Assembly (NCBI GenBank): GCA_041600715.1
Contig: JBFIJM010000001.1
Location: forward strand, 128,387-192,386
Length of the DNA: 64,000 nt
Source: Candidatus Saccharimonadales bacterium
GTDB taxonomy: Bacteria > Patescibacteriota > Saccharimonadia > Saccharimonadales > 2-12-FULL-41-12
Direction of reading: 5' to 3'
Shown here piece by piece: positions 38,131 through 45,524 of this stretch (positions are counted from its first letter, which is position 1; every line of letters begins with the position of its first letter). A program made the position numbers and the translations under genes. The notes beneath the pieces were generated by a model, which had not been told where the DNA came from, ran no database searches, and saw only the letters and a program-made list of their open reading frames with translations.

Positions 38131-38556
38131 TTACTTCTTCTTCGAAGAAATAGCGATCTTTTTTGGCTCTGGAAGTGGCGTAAGAGGAATCCCTACCTTC
38201 AACACTCCGTCATCTAAATGAGCCTCAATTTTATCAGTATCTGCTCTTTTTGGTAACGGGATACGACGATAGAAGCTACTAGAACTTTCTCTAACTACGT
38301 ATTTCTTATTCTTGTCTTCTTCTTTCTCGTGCCTTTCGGCGCTAATTACTAGTGCATTGTTCTCGACTTCGATATTAACGTCTTTTTGCTCAAAATTTGG
38401 CAAGTGTGCCTCAACAACTAGGTTGTTGTCTTTTGTAAAAACATCGGTTGTCGGGATGTTCACTCCTTTTAGCGGAGACATCCAATCATCTCCAAAGAAT
38501 TGTTTTTGTAATGCAGAAAGTTCTGCGAATGGATCCCATTTTACTAGATTGCTCAT
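38131..38556 (-). CDS. Hsp20/alpha-crystallin small heat-shock protein
   Basis: Alpha-crystallin domain (DVFTKDNNLVVEAHLPNF...ERHEKEED...F.RRIPLP...GVLKVGIP). Start at MSNLVKWDPF, preceded by AAAGGAG. Confidence 0.85.
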   Translation of the reverse strand: MSNLVKWDPFAELSALQKQFFGDDWMSPLKGVNIPTTDVFTKDNNLVVEAHLPNFEQKDVNIEVENNALVISAERHEKEEDKNKKYVVRESSSSFYRRIPLPKRADTDKIEAHLDDGVLKVGIPLTPLPEPKKIAISSKKK

Positions 38557-38631
38557 GATTGTTCTCCTTTCGTCATTATTATTAATGGTTTCCAGAAGAA
38601 GCATGAAAGCTTCTATGTCTAATATAAAAAA

Positions 38632-38658
38632 CTAGCACTCTCATGTCAAGAGTGCTAG
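38632..38658. promoter_or_regulatory. CIRCE element (HrcA operator)
   Basis: CTAGCACTC-N9-GAGTGCTAG is a perfect 9-bp inverted repeat (consensus TTAGCACTC-N9-GAGTGCTAA). It lies about 76 nt upstream of the hsp20 start. Confidence 0.8.
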
Positions 38659-38828
38659 TAATCTAGCTCTGTCTAAGTGTTTTATTGCAATAGGTAATGA
38701 ACTTGCGCTAGGTTTGTGGGCCAAACAGCATACGAATGCGGTTACCTCAAACTGACTATCAATGACGATAGATGGCAGTATGCTTAACTTAAAGCTCACA
38801 CCTCATTACTTAATAATATGTGAAAAAT

Positions 38829-38857
38829 GCTACACTTTTCGTATATTTTCGTATAAT
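38829..38857 (+). promoter_or_regulatory. Putative promoter of the LexA-methyltransferase gene with tandem 10-bp repeat
   Basis: TATAAT at 38852-38857 lies 8 nt before ATG 38866, with no SD. TTTTCGTATA occurs twice in tandem (38836-38855), overlapping the -10. The -35 (GCTACA) is weak. Confidence 0.4.
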
Positions 38858-38865
38858 ATGTAAAA

Positions 38866-40416
38866 ATGAGCAAAGCAACGAAACAGCAAATTACAAACTA
38901 TATTAGTAATTATATTGGCGAGAATGGGATGTTCCCGACACTAAATGAAGTTAAAGATGCAGTTGGTCTTAAATCTGTATCAACCGTACATCAACACATA
39001 AAAGACTTAGTAGACAACGGTATATTAGCCGTTGATGAAAATGGTGGATATAACCTAGCTTCGAAAGATGCAGAAATTACCAAGGTTCCTGTTTTAGGTT
39101 ATATTGCTGCAGGTTTTCCTATCGAGGCTATAGAAGAAGTTGCCACGCACATCGACGTTAGCAATTTACCCAAGGGCGATTTCTACGCGCTTCAAGTTAA
39201 AGGCAACAGTATGATTGATGACGGTATATTTGACGGAGATATTGTAGTTATTAAGAAACAGACTTCTGCCCAAAATGGACAAACCGTTGTGGCTGTAATT
39301 GACGACAATCAAGCCACGCTCAAAAAACTGTACAAAGAAGACGGGAAATTTAGACTACAGCCAGCAAATCAATCGATGCTTCCCCTAGTTAGGGAAGAGG
39401 TCGAAGTTCGTGGTATCGTATGGTCAATACACCGCAACTTAAACAATCCCATTAATGATTCTAATGTATTGCCCACAAAAGACTGGAAAACAGTTGATCT
39501 ATTCGCAGGTGTTGGGGGTATAAGGATTGGTTTTGAGAATGCTGGTTTTTCTACTGTGTTCGCGAATGATTTTGAGGCTAGGTGTGCCGATACATATAAT
39601 GCTAACTTTAAAACAGCAAAATTAGTGGTTGAGGATATTACAAAAATAGCTACTAAAGATATACCGGATTGTGATTTTGTGTTGGGGGGTTTTCCTTGTC
39701 AGGCGTTCTCCATCGCCGGTTACCGACACGGATTTAACGATATAAAAGGCCGTGGCAACCTATTTTTTGACATTGCAAGGATAATCAAAGACAAACAACC
39801 CACGGGGTTTTTGCTCGAGAATGTTAAAAATCTCAAAACACATGACGGTGGCAAGACTTTTGCAATTATTGAGCAAACTCTTAATGAGCTTGGCTATATT
39901 ATTAAATCCAAAGTTTTGAATTCAATGGATTATGGTAATGTGCCACAAAACCGGGAACGAATTTACATAGTTGGATTTAAAGATAAAGCTAAAATTGATA
40001 GCTTTGAATTTCCGGAACCTATAGAACTAACCAATACAATAAAAAATATTCTAGAGAAAAATGTTGATGAGAAGTATTACTATAATGGCAAGCCTTTGTA
40101 TGAGAAACTTAAGAATGATATTAACGAAGAAAACCAAGTGTACCAATGGCGCCGTAAGTATGTCCGCCAAAATAAAAAAGGTGTCTCACCTACTCTAACA
40201 GCGAATATGGGCATGGGTGGACACAACGTACCCATAATCTTCGATGGTAAAGGTATCAGGAAGTTAACACCAAGAGAATGTTTTCGTCTGCAAGGATTTC
40301 CAGATAGCTACAAGCTTCCTAAAATAGCTGACTCAGCACTTTATAAGCAAGCTGGAAACTCTGTAACAGTCACTGTTCTTGAGCAAATCGCTAGACAGAT
40401 AATAAAAGTACTATAA
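38866..40416 (+). CDS. LexA-like S24 autopeptidase repressor fused to a DNA (cytosine-5) methyltransferase
   Basis: One continuous 516-aa frame.
- Residues 1-~195 are LexA-like: a wHTH, scissile AAG in VLGYIAAGFPIEA, Ser in VKGNSM, and Lys in ATLKKL.
- Residues ~207-516 are Dcm-type: DLFAGVGG (I), GFPCQAFS (IV), ENVKNL (VI), QNRERIY (VIII) and GNSVTV (X). Confidence 0.85.
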   Translation: MSKATKQQITNYISNYIGENGMFPTLNEVKDAVGLKSVSTVHQHIKDLVDNGILAVDENGGYNLASKDAEITKVPVLGYIAAGFPIEAIEEVATHIDVSNLPKGDFYALQVKGNSMIDDGIFDGDIVVIKKQTSAQNGQTVVAVIDDNQATLKKLYKEDGKFRLQPANQSMLPLVREEVEVRGIVWSIHRNLNNPINDSNVLPTKDWKTVDLFAGVGGIRIGFENAGFSTVFANDFEARCADTYNANFKTAKLVVEDITKIATKDIPDCDFVLGGFPCQAFSIAGYRHGFNDIKGRGNLFFDIARIIKDKQPTGFLLENVKNLKTHDGGKTFAIIEQTLNELGYIIKSKVLNSMDYGNVPQNRERIYIVGFKDKAKIDSFEFPEPIELTNTIKNILEKNVDEKYYYNGKPLYEKLKNDINEENQVYQWRRKYVRQNKKGVSPTLTANMGMGGHNVPIIFDGKGIRKLTPRECFRLQGFPDSYKLPKIADSALYKQAGNSVTVTVLEQIARQIIKVL

Positions 40417-41499
40417 CTATTTTATATATTGCTCAATATCACGGAGCATCACTGTCTCTTTGTCAGGAATTTTCTCTATAATTGATTTGTTCATAAAGTA
40501 TTCTTCACCCCCGTTAGATGATCGATCAAGTAGCTGGAATTTAATAATGTAAGTTTTGTTAGCGTCCAGTAAAGTGTCATTAATTACAGCGCTTGCGGTA
40601 GTAAAGATGGTGATGGAACTTTTACTATTTTTAACAACAGTAATATGCTCGATATTCTCAACATATACATCCAGAAGTTTATGCTTGTTATTACTATCCA
40701 AAATATTTTTAACCCAGCTATATAAACCACACTTGTTTTTAGTCATAATATTTATTAGCGGGTAAACTACTGGGATAATCTTGGGTGTTCTGGTTTCGTT
40801 TATTTCTTTAACATAAAATGGGCTCTCATTACCTAAGCAAAGAGTTGAGTAGGATATAAAATCACTGGCAGAACAGACTGTTATGAGCTTAAGCGAGCCT
40901 AGATCAGAATTAACTCTTTCAATTTTGGTGATCGATGAAAGGGCTTCATTTTCGTTCGTTTTTATGAAGATGTCATCGTTCATTTTTAATTGTTTATACG
41001 TATCTTCACTGATGACCGAACTTTCAAAAAAAGGCAACAGATAATCACAGTCAAGATTTGTTTCAACCATAACTAGATACTTATTCTCGTAACCTTGGTT
41101 CCTTAGACTCACCATGTATTGTGTTTTCTTGAAAGATTTAACTTCAATTTGAGGTGCATTATCTAAGGGTAGCCACTTATTCGCATATTCTACGAACGGC
41201 TTAGCAATATTACCGACTCTTATGCCGAGAACATCCGGGGCAATACCAGATTTTTTTGGATCATACTCATAATAATCGGATATAACTGATAAATTATCTG
41301 ATAATTTAGGTAAAAAATATTTATTGAAAATTATACTTTCAGGAATAATATTTATCCAGCGGTCAAAAATACCACCTATATAATCACTTTTGCCACTAAG
41401 ACCACCGTACATCTTCCCTCTTTGCGCCATCGAGCAAACAAAGTATATATACGGGGTTATATCCTCTTTACAAATAGTTATGTCTCTGTGGCTGGGCAT
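40417..41499 (-). CDS. Putative type II restriction endonuclease (PD-(D/E)xK)
   Basis: Convergent with the MTase, and the two ORFs abut at 40416/40417. Candidate catalytic motif IAPD...QIEVK. The gene is very AT-rich and has no other recognisable domain. Confidence 0.55.
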   Translation of the reverse strand: MPSHRDITICKEDITPYIYFVCSMAQRGKMYGGLSGKSDYIGGIFDRWINIIPESIIFNKYFLPKLSDNLSVISDYYEYDPKKSGIAPDVLGIRVGNIAKPFVEYANKWLPLDNAPQIEVKSFKKTQYMVSLRNQGYENKYLVMVETNLDCDYLLPFFESSVISEDTYKQLKMNDDIFIKTNENEALSSITKIERVNSDLGSLKLITVCSASDFISYSTLCLGNESPFYVKEINETRTPKIIPVVYPLINIMTKNKCGLYSWVKNILDSNNKHKLLDVYVENIEHITVVKNSKSSITIFTTASAVINDTLLDANKTYIIKFQLLDRSSNGGEEYFMNKSIIEKIPDKETVMLRDIEQYIK

Positions 41500-41645
41500 A
41501 TTTACCTACAGTTTAGCAGTTTTAAGATGAAACAACCTTAAGAACATGCTGAAAATGCTAAGCTACAGCCATGCTTGAAGTAAACTCTTGTGCGTGGCTT
41601 TGTTGACTGAACCTGCGGTTCGAATTCATCTTCGCTGAATCTAAT

Positions 41646-41671
41646 CTAAAAAACCCAGCCATAAGGCTGAG
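41646..41671 (-). terminator. Intrinsic terminator next to the displaced tRNA-Asn 3' fragment
   Basis: Minus strand reads CTCAGCC-TTAT-GGCTGGG followed by TTTTTTAG, immediately downstream (on the minus strand) of the 19-bp tRNA fragment. Confidence 0.5.
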
Positions 41672-41680
41672 TATTTTAGT

Positions 41681-41699
41681 TTGGCTCGGGAGGCCGGAC
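41681..41699. repeat. Left att-type direct repeat (copy of the tRNA-Asn 3' end)
   Basis: TTGGCTCGGGAGGCCGGAC is identical to 49381-49399, exactly 7700 bp away. Confidence 0.8.
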
Positions 41700-41914
41700 A
41701 GCGCTACGCTTCTCCATTCCGGCGTGCTCGAAGCGAGCTTCTGCACGCGTCCTCATTTAACCGAACCAACTCTTCGAGACGGTTCGTGTTCCGATTCTTC
41801 CAGGATCGAAGAATTAAAAAGGCCAGATAAATCTGACCTTCTTAATTCTTGGCTCACAACGATAGAGGAAGTCATAACTGCGGTTAAGCACGATGCATAT
41901 ACTTTTGGTGCGCT

Positions 41915-42607
41915 TTAAACTCGTTTTTTTAGATTGTAGTCATCGACTTTCTCTTTTCGAGCTTCGGCAATATCAATATAGCTTGAGGGGTCTCTAATAA
42001 AGTCCTCCCATTTTACTTGGTGTATATAAGAGTGATGGCCGCCAACATGGTAGGTAGTGTCATGAAGCGGGTTTGGACAAGATTGCTTAGATGGCTGTTT
42101 CAAGTTGAACATGTTCTTATCCAGCATACTGAATAGATTGGCGGTCCTGTGTGTGACGACATTACAGTGCCCACAACCGTCTGGTTGGTAATAATGATCA
42201 TACGAACCGAACTCGTCTGGCAGAATCACGGCAAGCATTCCGTTACGCTTCGAGCGGCGTTCCTCGCCGGGAAAAGCTCTACGTGTGAGTGAATACTGTA
42301 TTTCCCATGGAATCCACTGCTCTGCTTCTTCTTTATCCACTTCCTTCATTCCTTTAGAAACAAGTACAATAGTGATTGAGCTACCTCTTATAAGCTGCTT
42401 TAAGTGAGTACGGATCGTTTCATCAGTAAAGGCCGATAGATCGTTATCGCCGTCCTCACCATTATAGATCTCTGTGTCAGCGACTGTCTGCATGATCAGA
42501 TCAACATAATCACGAGCCGTGCCAAGTTGGGGTACGTCATCGTTAGGGTACAATTTTGCTACTGCATTATCATAGTACTTATAGCTTACAAAAATTCTAC
42601 GTGCCAT
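41915..42607 (-). CDS. ThsB-like TIR domain protein (DUF1863-type TIR-like)
   Basis: MARRIFVSYKYYD..., SSITIVLVSKGM and EQWIPWEIQYS follow the same pattern as Thoeris ThsB (RVFFSFHYQD, VTVVLIGS, WVRYEI with the catalytic Glu). Confidence 0.65.
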   Translation of the reverse strand: MARRIFVSYKYYDNAVAKLYPNDDVPQLGTARDYVDLIMQTVADTEIYNGEDGDNDLSAFTDETIRTHLKQLIRGSSITIVLVSKGMKEVDKEEAEQWIPWEIQYSLTRRAFPGEERRSKRNGMLAVILPDEFGSYDHYYQPDGCGHCNVVTHRTANLFSMLDKNMFNLKQPSKQSCPNPLHDTTYHVGGHHSYIHQVKWEDFIRDPSSYIDIAEARKEKVDDYNLKKRV

Positions 42608-42609
42608 AT

Positions 42610-43044
42610 CTATCCTATCCGCACTGCTATCGTAATGTCACTAAGTACGCAAACAAGGATGGCCAACAATATCAAAGTAACTCCATAAAATGCACACAGG
42701 ACTGGTCGCCATAGTGTTTTGAACCACACGCTAAATGTTTTGTCTTCCTTGGCGGGTGTTATTTTGAAGTTAATCTTAGAAGGTGGTGTCGTTGCTACAG
42801 TATTGTATATATTGACGAACGCACGCTCTAGCATTAAGTAGTAAGCGTCTACTGCCCAGAAGACAAGTGTTGATGCTATTGGTATGGCGAGGAGTGCTTT
42901 GTTATTGCCTTTGGCGGCATAGACGGAAATAGCTGCTATGAGTGTGATAGACCAGCCCTTGAATAAGAACGAGTTAGAGGCCATGCGAGTAATAACCTGT
43001 TGTACCATCTCCAAATGCTTTCGCTTATCGTCGCCCGTCGTCAT
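42610..43044 (-). CDS. Small 3-TM membrane protein, operon partner of the TIR protein
   Basis: 144 aa with a short cytosolic N-terminus (KRKHLEMVQQVITRMASN) and three hydrophobic helices. Its stop lies 2 nt before the TIR gene start. Confidence 0.55.
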   Translation of the reverse strand: MTTGDDKRKHLEMVQQVITRMASNSFLFKGWSITLIAAISVYAAKGNNKALLAIPIASTLVFWAVDAYYLMLERAFVNIYNTVATTPPSKINFKITPAKEDKTFSVWFKTLWRPVLCAFYGVTLILLAILVCVLSDITIAVRIG

Positions 43045-43050
43045 GGCTCA

Positions 43051-43079
43051 ATAATAGACTGGCGGCCAAATATTTGCAA
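43051..43079 (-). promoter_or_regulatory. Putative promoter TTGCAA-17-TATTAT, ATG 6 nt downstream (leaderless geometry)
   Basis: Read on the minus strand directly upstream of ATG 43044 of the TM/TIR operon. Confidence 0.4.
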
Positions 43080-43246
43080 TACTAGCATAAACATTTCCGA
43101 GTATATAAAGCTTATGCTTCAGTCATGTCGAAAGTAATATGTGCTTTCAGCCATAACGATAGAACAGGTCATAACTGCAACCAAGGCTGACATGAGATAT
43201 AACTTTGTTAAAAATTGAAGTGATTAAAGCTGTTACAATTACTTAT

Positions 43247-43579
43247 ATGATGAAAAAAGCATACTTAATTCTTGCAGTATCTCTTCTGATTATGCCAGCC
43301 CTTGGAACTGTTGCTAGTGCTCAAGGTGGGTATTACATGTCACAGGGGGAGGCTCAGCTCGAAGAGGCTCGTCAGGATGCACGAGAGGAACAGGCCTTCA
43401 GAGAAGACCTGGAGCTTGAATCGAAAGTCTCAGCGGTTGAAGCACAAGAGGAAAAGGAACGAGCGGACGCAAATGAAGCAAACAAATATTTGATTGTGTA
43501 TGGTGCACTAGGAGTGGGCGCAATTTTTCTTATATCTCTCTTGAATCATTTGCGGCAGAAGCACAGTAGGCATCTCTAG
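43247..43579 (+). CDS. Hypothetical secreted/anchored protein
   Basis: Start at MMKKAYLILAVSLLIMPALGTVASA (signal peptide), an acidic coiled middle and a C-terminal TM. Confidence 0.45.
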   Translation: MMKKAYLILAVSLLIMPALGTVASAQGGYYMSQGEAQLEEARQDAREEQAFREDLELESKVSAVEAQEEKERADANEANKYLIVYGALGVGAIFLISLLNHLRQKHSRHL

Positions 43580-43628
43580 TCGCTGAAGTTAGCACATAAT
43601 TATTGAGAGGCTTTCCATTCCTAATCTT

Positions 43629-44204
43629 TTACGGTGTTCTACCCAGCTTCGTCTTAATGCCGTCATGCCCAGAGCACATACCCCGATAATCTGGCTTAGA
43701 CGGAGTGTCTTGGTAGCTTATTGATCCGTCATTGCATATCGCTTTTAGGGGTAAGTTGGGGTCTTCAGTAGTAGCAGGTACAGCTGTTTGGCTTGGGGTG
43801 TTCGTGCTTGCAGCTTCTTTGGCTTTTGCAGCAGCCACAGCAGCAGCTTCTTCCTCTGTTTTCTTTTGAGCCGCTTCTTCAGCAGCTTTCTTCTCAGCTT
43901 CTTCTTGAGCCGCTTCTTCAGCAGCCTTTTTAGCTTCTAATTCTTTCTGTGTCTCTGATTCAGATTGTTCTTGTGTAGTAGTAACGCTATTTTGTTGATT
44001 GTTCGTATCAGCGGGCTTCGTAGTGGCAGCAGCAATCGTGAAAGGAATCATGATGACGGCGATAATCGAGGTTAAGCCAATTTTAAGATTCTTACTCCAA
44101 TTAGATTTAGCCCATGCGTACCAGATTAAGAAGTAGGGGAAGAATAAAATCGCTACCACTAGCCCCCAACCGTGCTTGTACCATTCTTTCTTAACGTCTG
44201 CCAT
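43629..44204 (-). CDS. Membrane protein with C-terminal DUF3761-like Cys motif
   Basis: Two N-terminal TMs and a low-complexity (KAAEEAAQ)n linker. The C-terminal CNDGSISYQDTPSKPDYRGMCSGHDGI resembles DUF3761. Confidence 0.5.
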   Translation of the reverse strand: MADVKKEWYKHGWGLVVAILFFPYFLIWYAWAKSNWSKNLKIGLTSIIAVIMIPFTIAAATTKPADTNNQQNSVTTTQEQSESETQKELEAKKAAEEAAQEEAEKKAAEEAAQKKTEEEAAAVAAAKAKEAASTNTPSQTAVPATTEDPNLPLKAICNDGSISYQDTPSKPDYRGMCSGHDGIKTKLGRTP

Positions 44205-44239
44205 AAATCTCTCCTATACTACTGACTTTAACACCTTAC

Positions 44240-44734
44240 TTACTTTTTCTTATTCTTTTCCATTTCATTACGCACTATTACAGCGACGAGTGTGGTTATG
44301 ATTAACGTAACTGGTAAGGTATTCCAAAATTTATTCCACTTCTGGGTGCTTGTAGCTTCATAGCCGTCATCTGCATATTCTATACAGGTACTCCCTCGAT
44401 TATCTGTGTCTGTACTCTCGATACAAGTTGGATTACCCAGAGTTAGAGCTAAGTAAGAGCTAATTGCAATAGCTGCAATAACTCCAACAATCATGAATGG
44501 CAAAGCTTTACCTTTTTCTGCTTCCTTTTTAATCCACTCCCAACCTAACATTGGGATCGCACATACTACCAATAAGGCAGCCCCAATGCCAGCACCCCAC
44601 AATAGTCCAACAAGTGGGCTTGAGGTATCACTGAAGAAACCTATGACGCTGCCAACTATTCCAAACATAAAGACAGGTATCAGCGTTAGTAGATACAAAG
44701 CTTTCGGCATCTTCTCGTTATGTTCCTCGGTCAT
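44240..44734 (-). CDS. Hypothetical multi-TM membrane protein
   Basis: 164-aa ORF with 4 hydrophobic helices and a Cys-containing loop. Confidence 0.45.
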   Translation of the reverse strand: MTEEHNEKMPKALYLLTLIPVFMFGIVGSVIGFFSDTSSPLVGLLWGAGIGAALLVVCAIPMLGWEWIKKEAEKGKALPFMIVGVIAAIAISSYLALTLGNPTCIESTDTDNRGSTCIEYADDGYEATSTQKWNKFWNTLPVTLIITTLVAVIVRNEMEKNKKK

Positions 44735-44842
44735 CTATTTCTTCCTCGAGTATTTACTCATTTAACTAATTAAACTATACGATACTTACAAGTAAAAAGG
44801 CAGCGTACAGCTGCCCTCTTACACTCATTAACAATATATCTA

Positions 44843-45418
44843 TTACTGCAAACTAACTTTTACGCCATCACTGAATGCACTGTCGTGTAGCTGTGCCGTA
44901 GTTGGTGTCTGGTCTTTTGGAATATCAAAGACGATTACGCCCTCAACGCTGTTTCCAGGGTTAATGTTACTAAACAAAGTTGAATAGTTCTGATCCACGT
45001 AGATACCTGCTGCATCATCAGCAGCATACTGCTGATTCTGTGCGTTTAGAAGCTTCTGGTTTGAGCCAAAGAAGCCTTGTGCCTCGTTGCCGATGTTCTT
45101 AACATTCACTGTCATAAGACAGAACTGCCCTTGTGCATTCTTCTTGAGATACTCGTTTGTCCCAATAGTCGTAGTACCACACTCTACTTTTTTAACCACA
45201 AACTCAAACTTTCCGTCCCTTGCTGCTTCATTCAGCTTAACAGTGGTCGCCTTTTTGTCTTCTGATTTTGTAACACCACTACCACCGCCAGCAGAACTGT
45301 TATCTGATTTGCTCCCACCCCCAGAGGCATTCGCTATTACTCCGATAGCGATAAACGCCAGGATTACTGTTAATACTTTGTGTTTGGCAAACCAACTCTT
45401 TTTCTTGCCTTCCGCCAT
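44843..45418 (-). CDS. DUF4352 domain-containing membrane-anchored protein
   Basis: Start at MAEGKKKSWFAKHK (RBS AAAGGAG), then a TM. FEFVVKKVECG...GQFCLMTVNVKNIGNEAQ...GVIVFDIP is typical of DUF4352. Confidence 0.6.
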   Translation of the reverse strand: MAEGKKKSWFAKHKVLTVILAFIAIGVIANASGGGSKSDNSSAGGGSGVTKSEDKKATTVKLNEAARDGKFEFVVKKVECGTTTIGTNEYLKKNAQGQFCLMTVNVKNIGNEAQGFFGSNQKLLNAQNQQYAADDAAGIYVDQNYSTLFSNINPGNSVEGVIVFDIPKDQTPTTAQLHDSAFSDGVKVSLQ

Positions 45419-45524
45419 TATAGAGTCTCCTTTTAACTTATATCTGTGAACTATAAACAATAACGAGCAAAAAATAAAGTCCCACTTTATGTTTATTGTC
45501 CTCTGTTGTTCCTAACCTTAGAGT

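Noticed and set aside
41606-41632. T-loop-like GGTTCGAATTC suggesting another tRNA or a tmRNA piece
   Set aside because: No acceptor, D or anticodon arms can be drawn around it. It is probably a chance match.
41558-41746. 62-aa minus-strand ORF spanning the left att repeat
   Set aside because: It runs across the orphan tRNA-Asn fragment and the terminator and has no RBS. It is best explained as a chance ORF over junction sequence.
41724-41918. 64-aa plus-strand ORF as an independent gene
   Set aside because: It has no promoter or RBS. Its C-terminus is homologous to a recombinase-tail ghost, and it is in phase with the att repeat. It is interpreted as a remnant or junction sequence (see the finding), not a stand-alone gene.
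43830-43950. Nucleotide repeats (GCAGCTTCTTC... units) suggestive of a tandem repeat array
   Set aside because: They encode the low-complexity (KAAEEAAQ)n linker of the 43629..44204 membrane protein. This is coding low complexity, not a CRISPR or satellite array.
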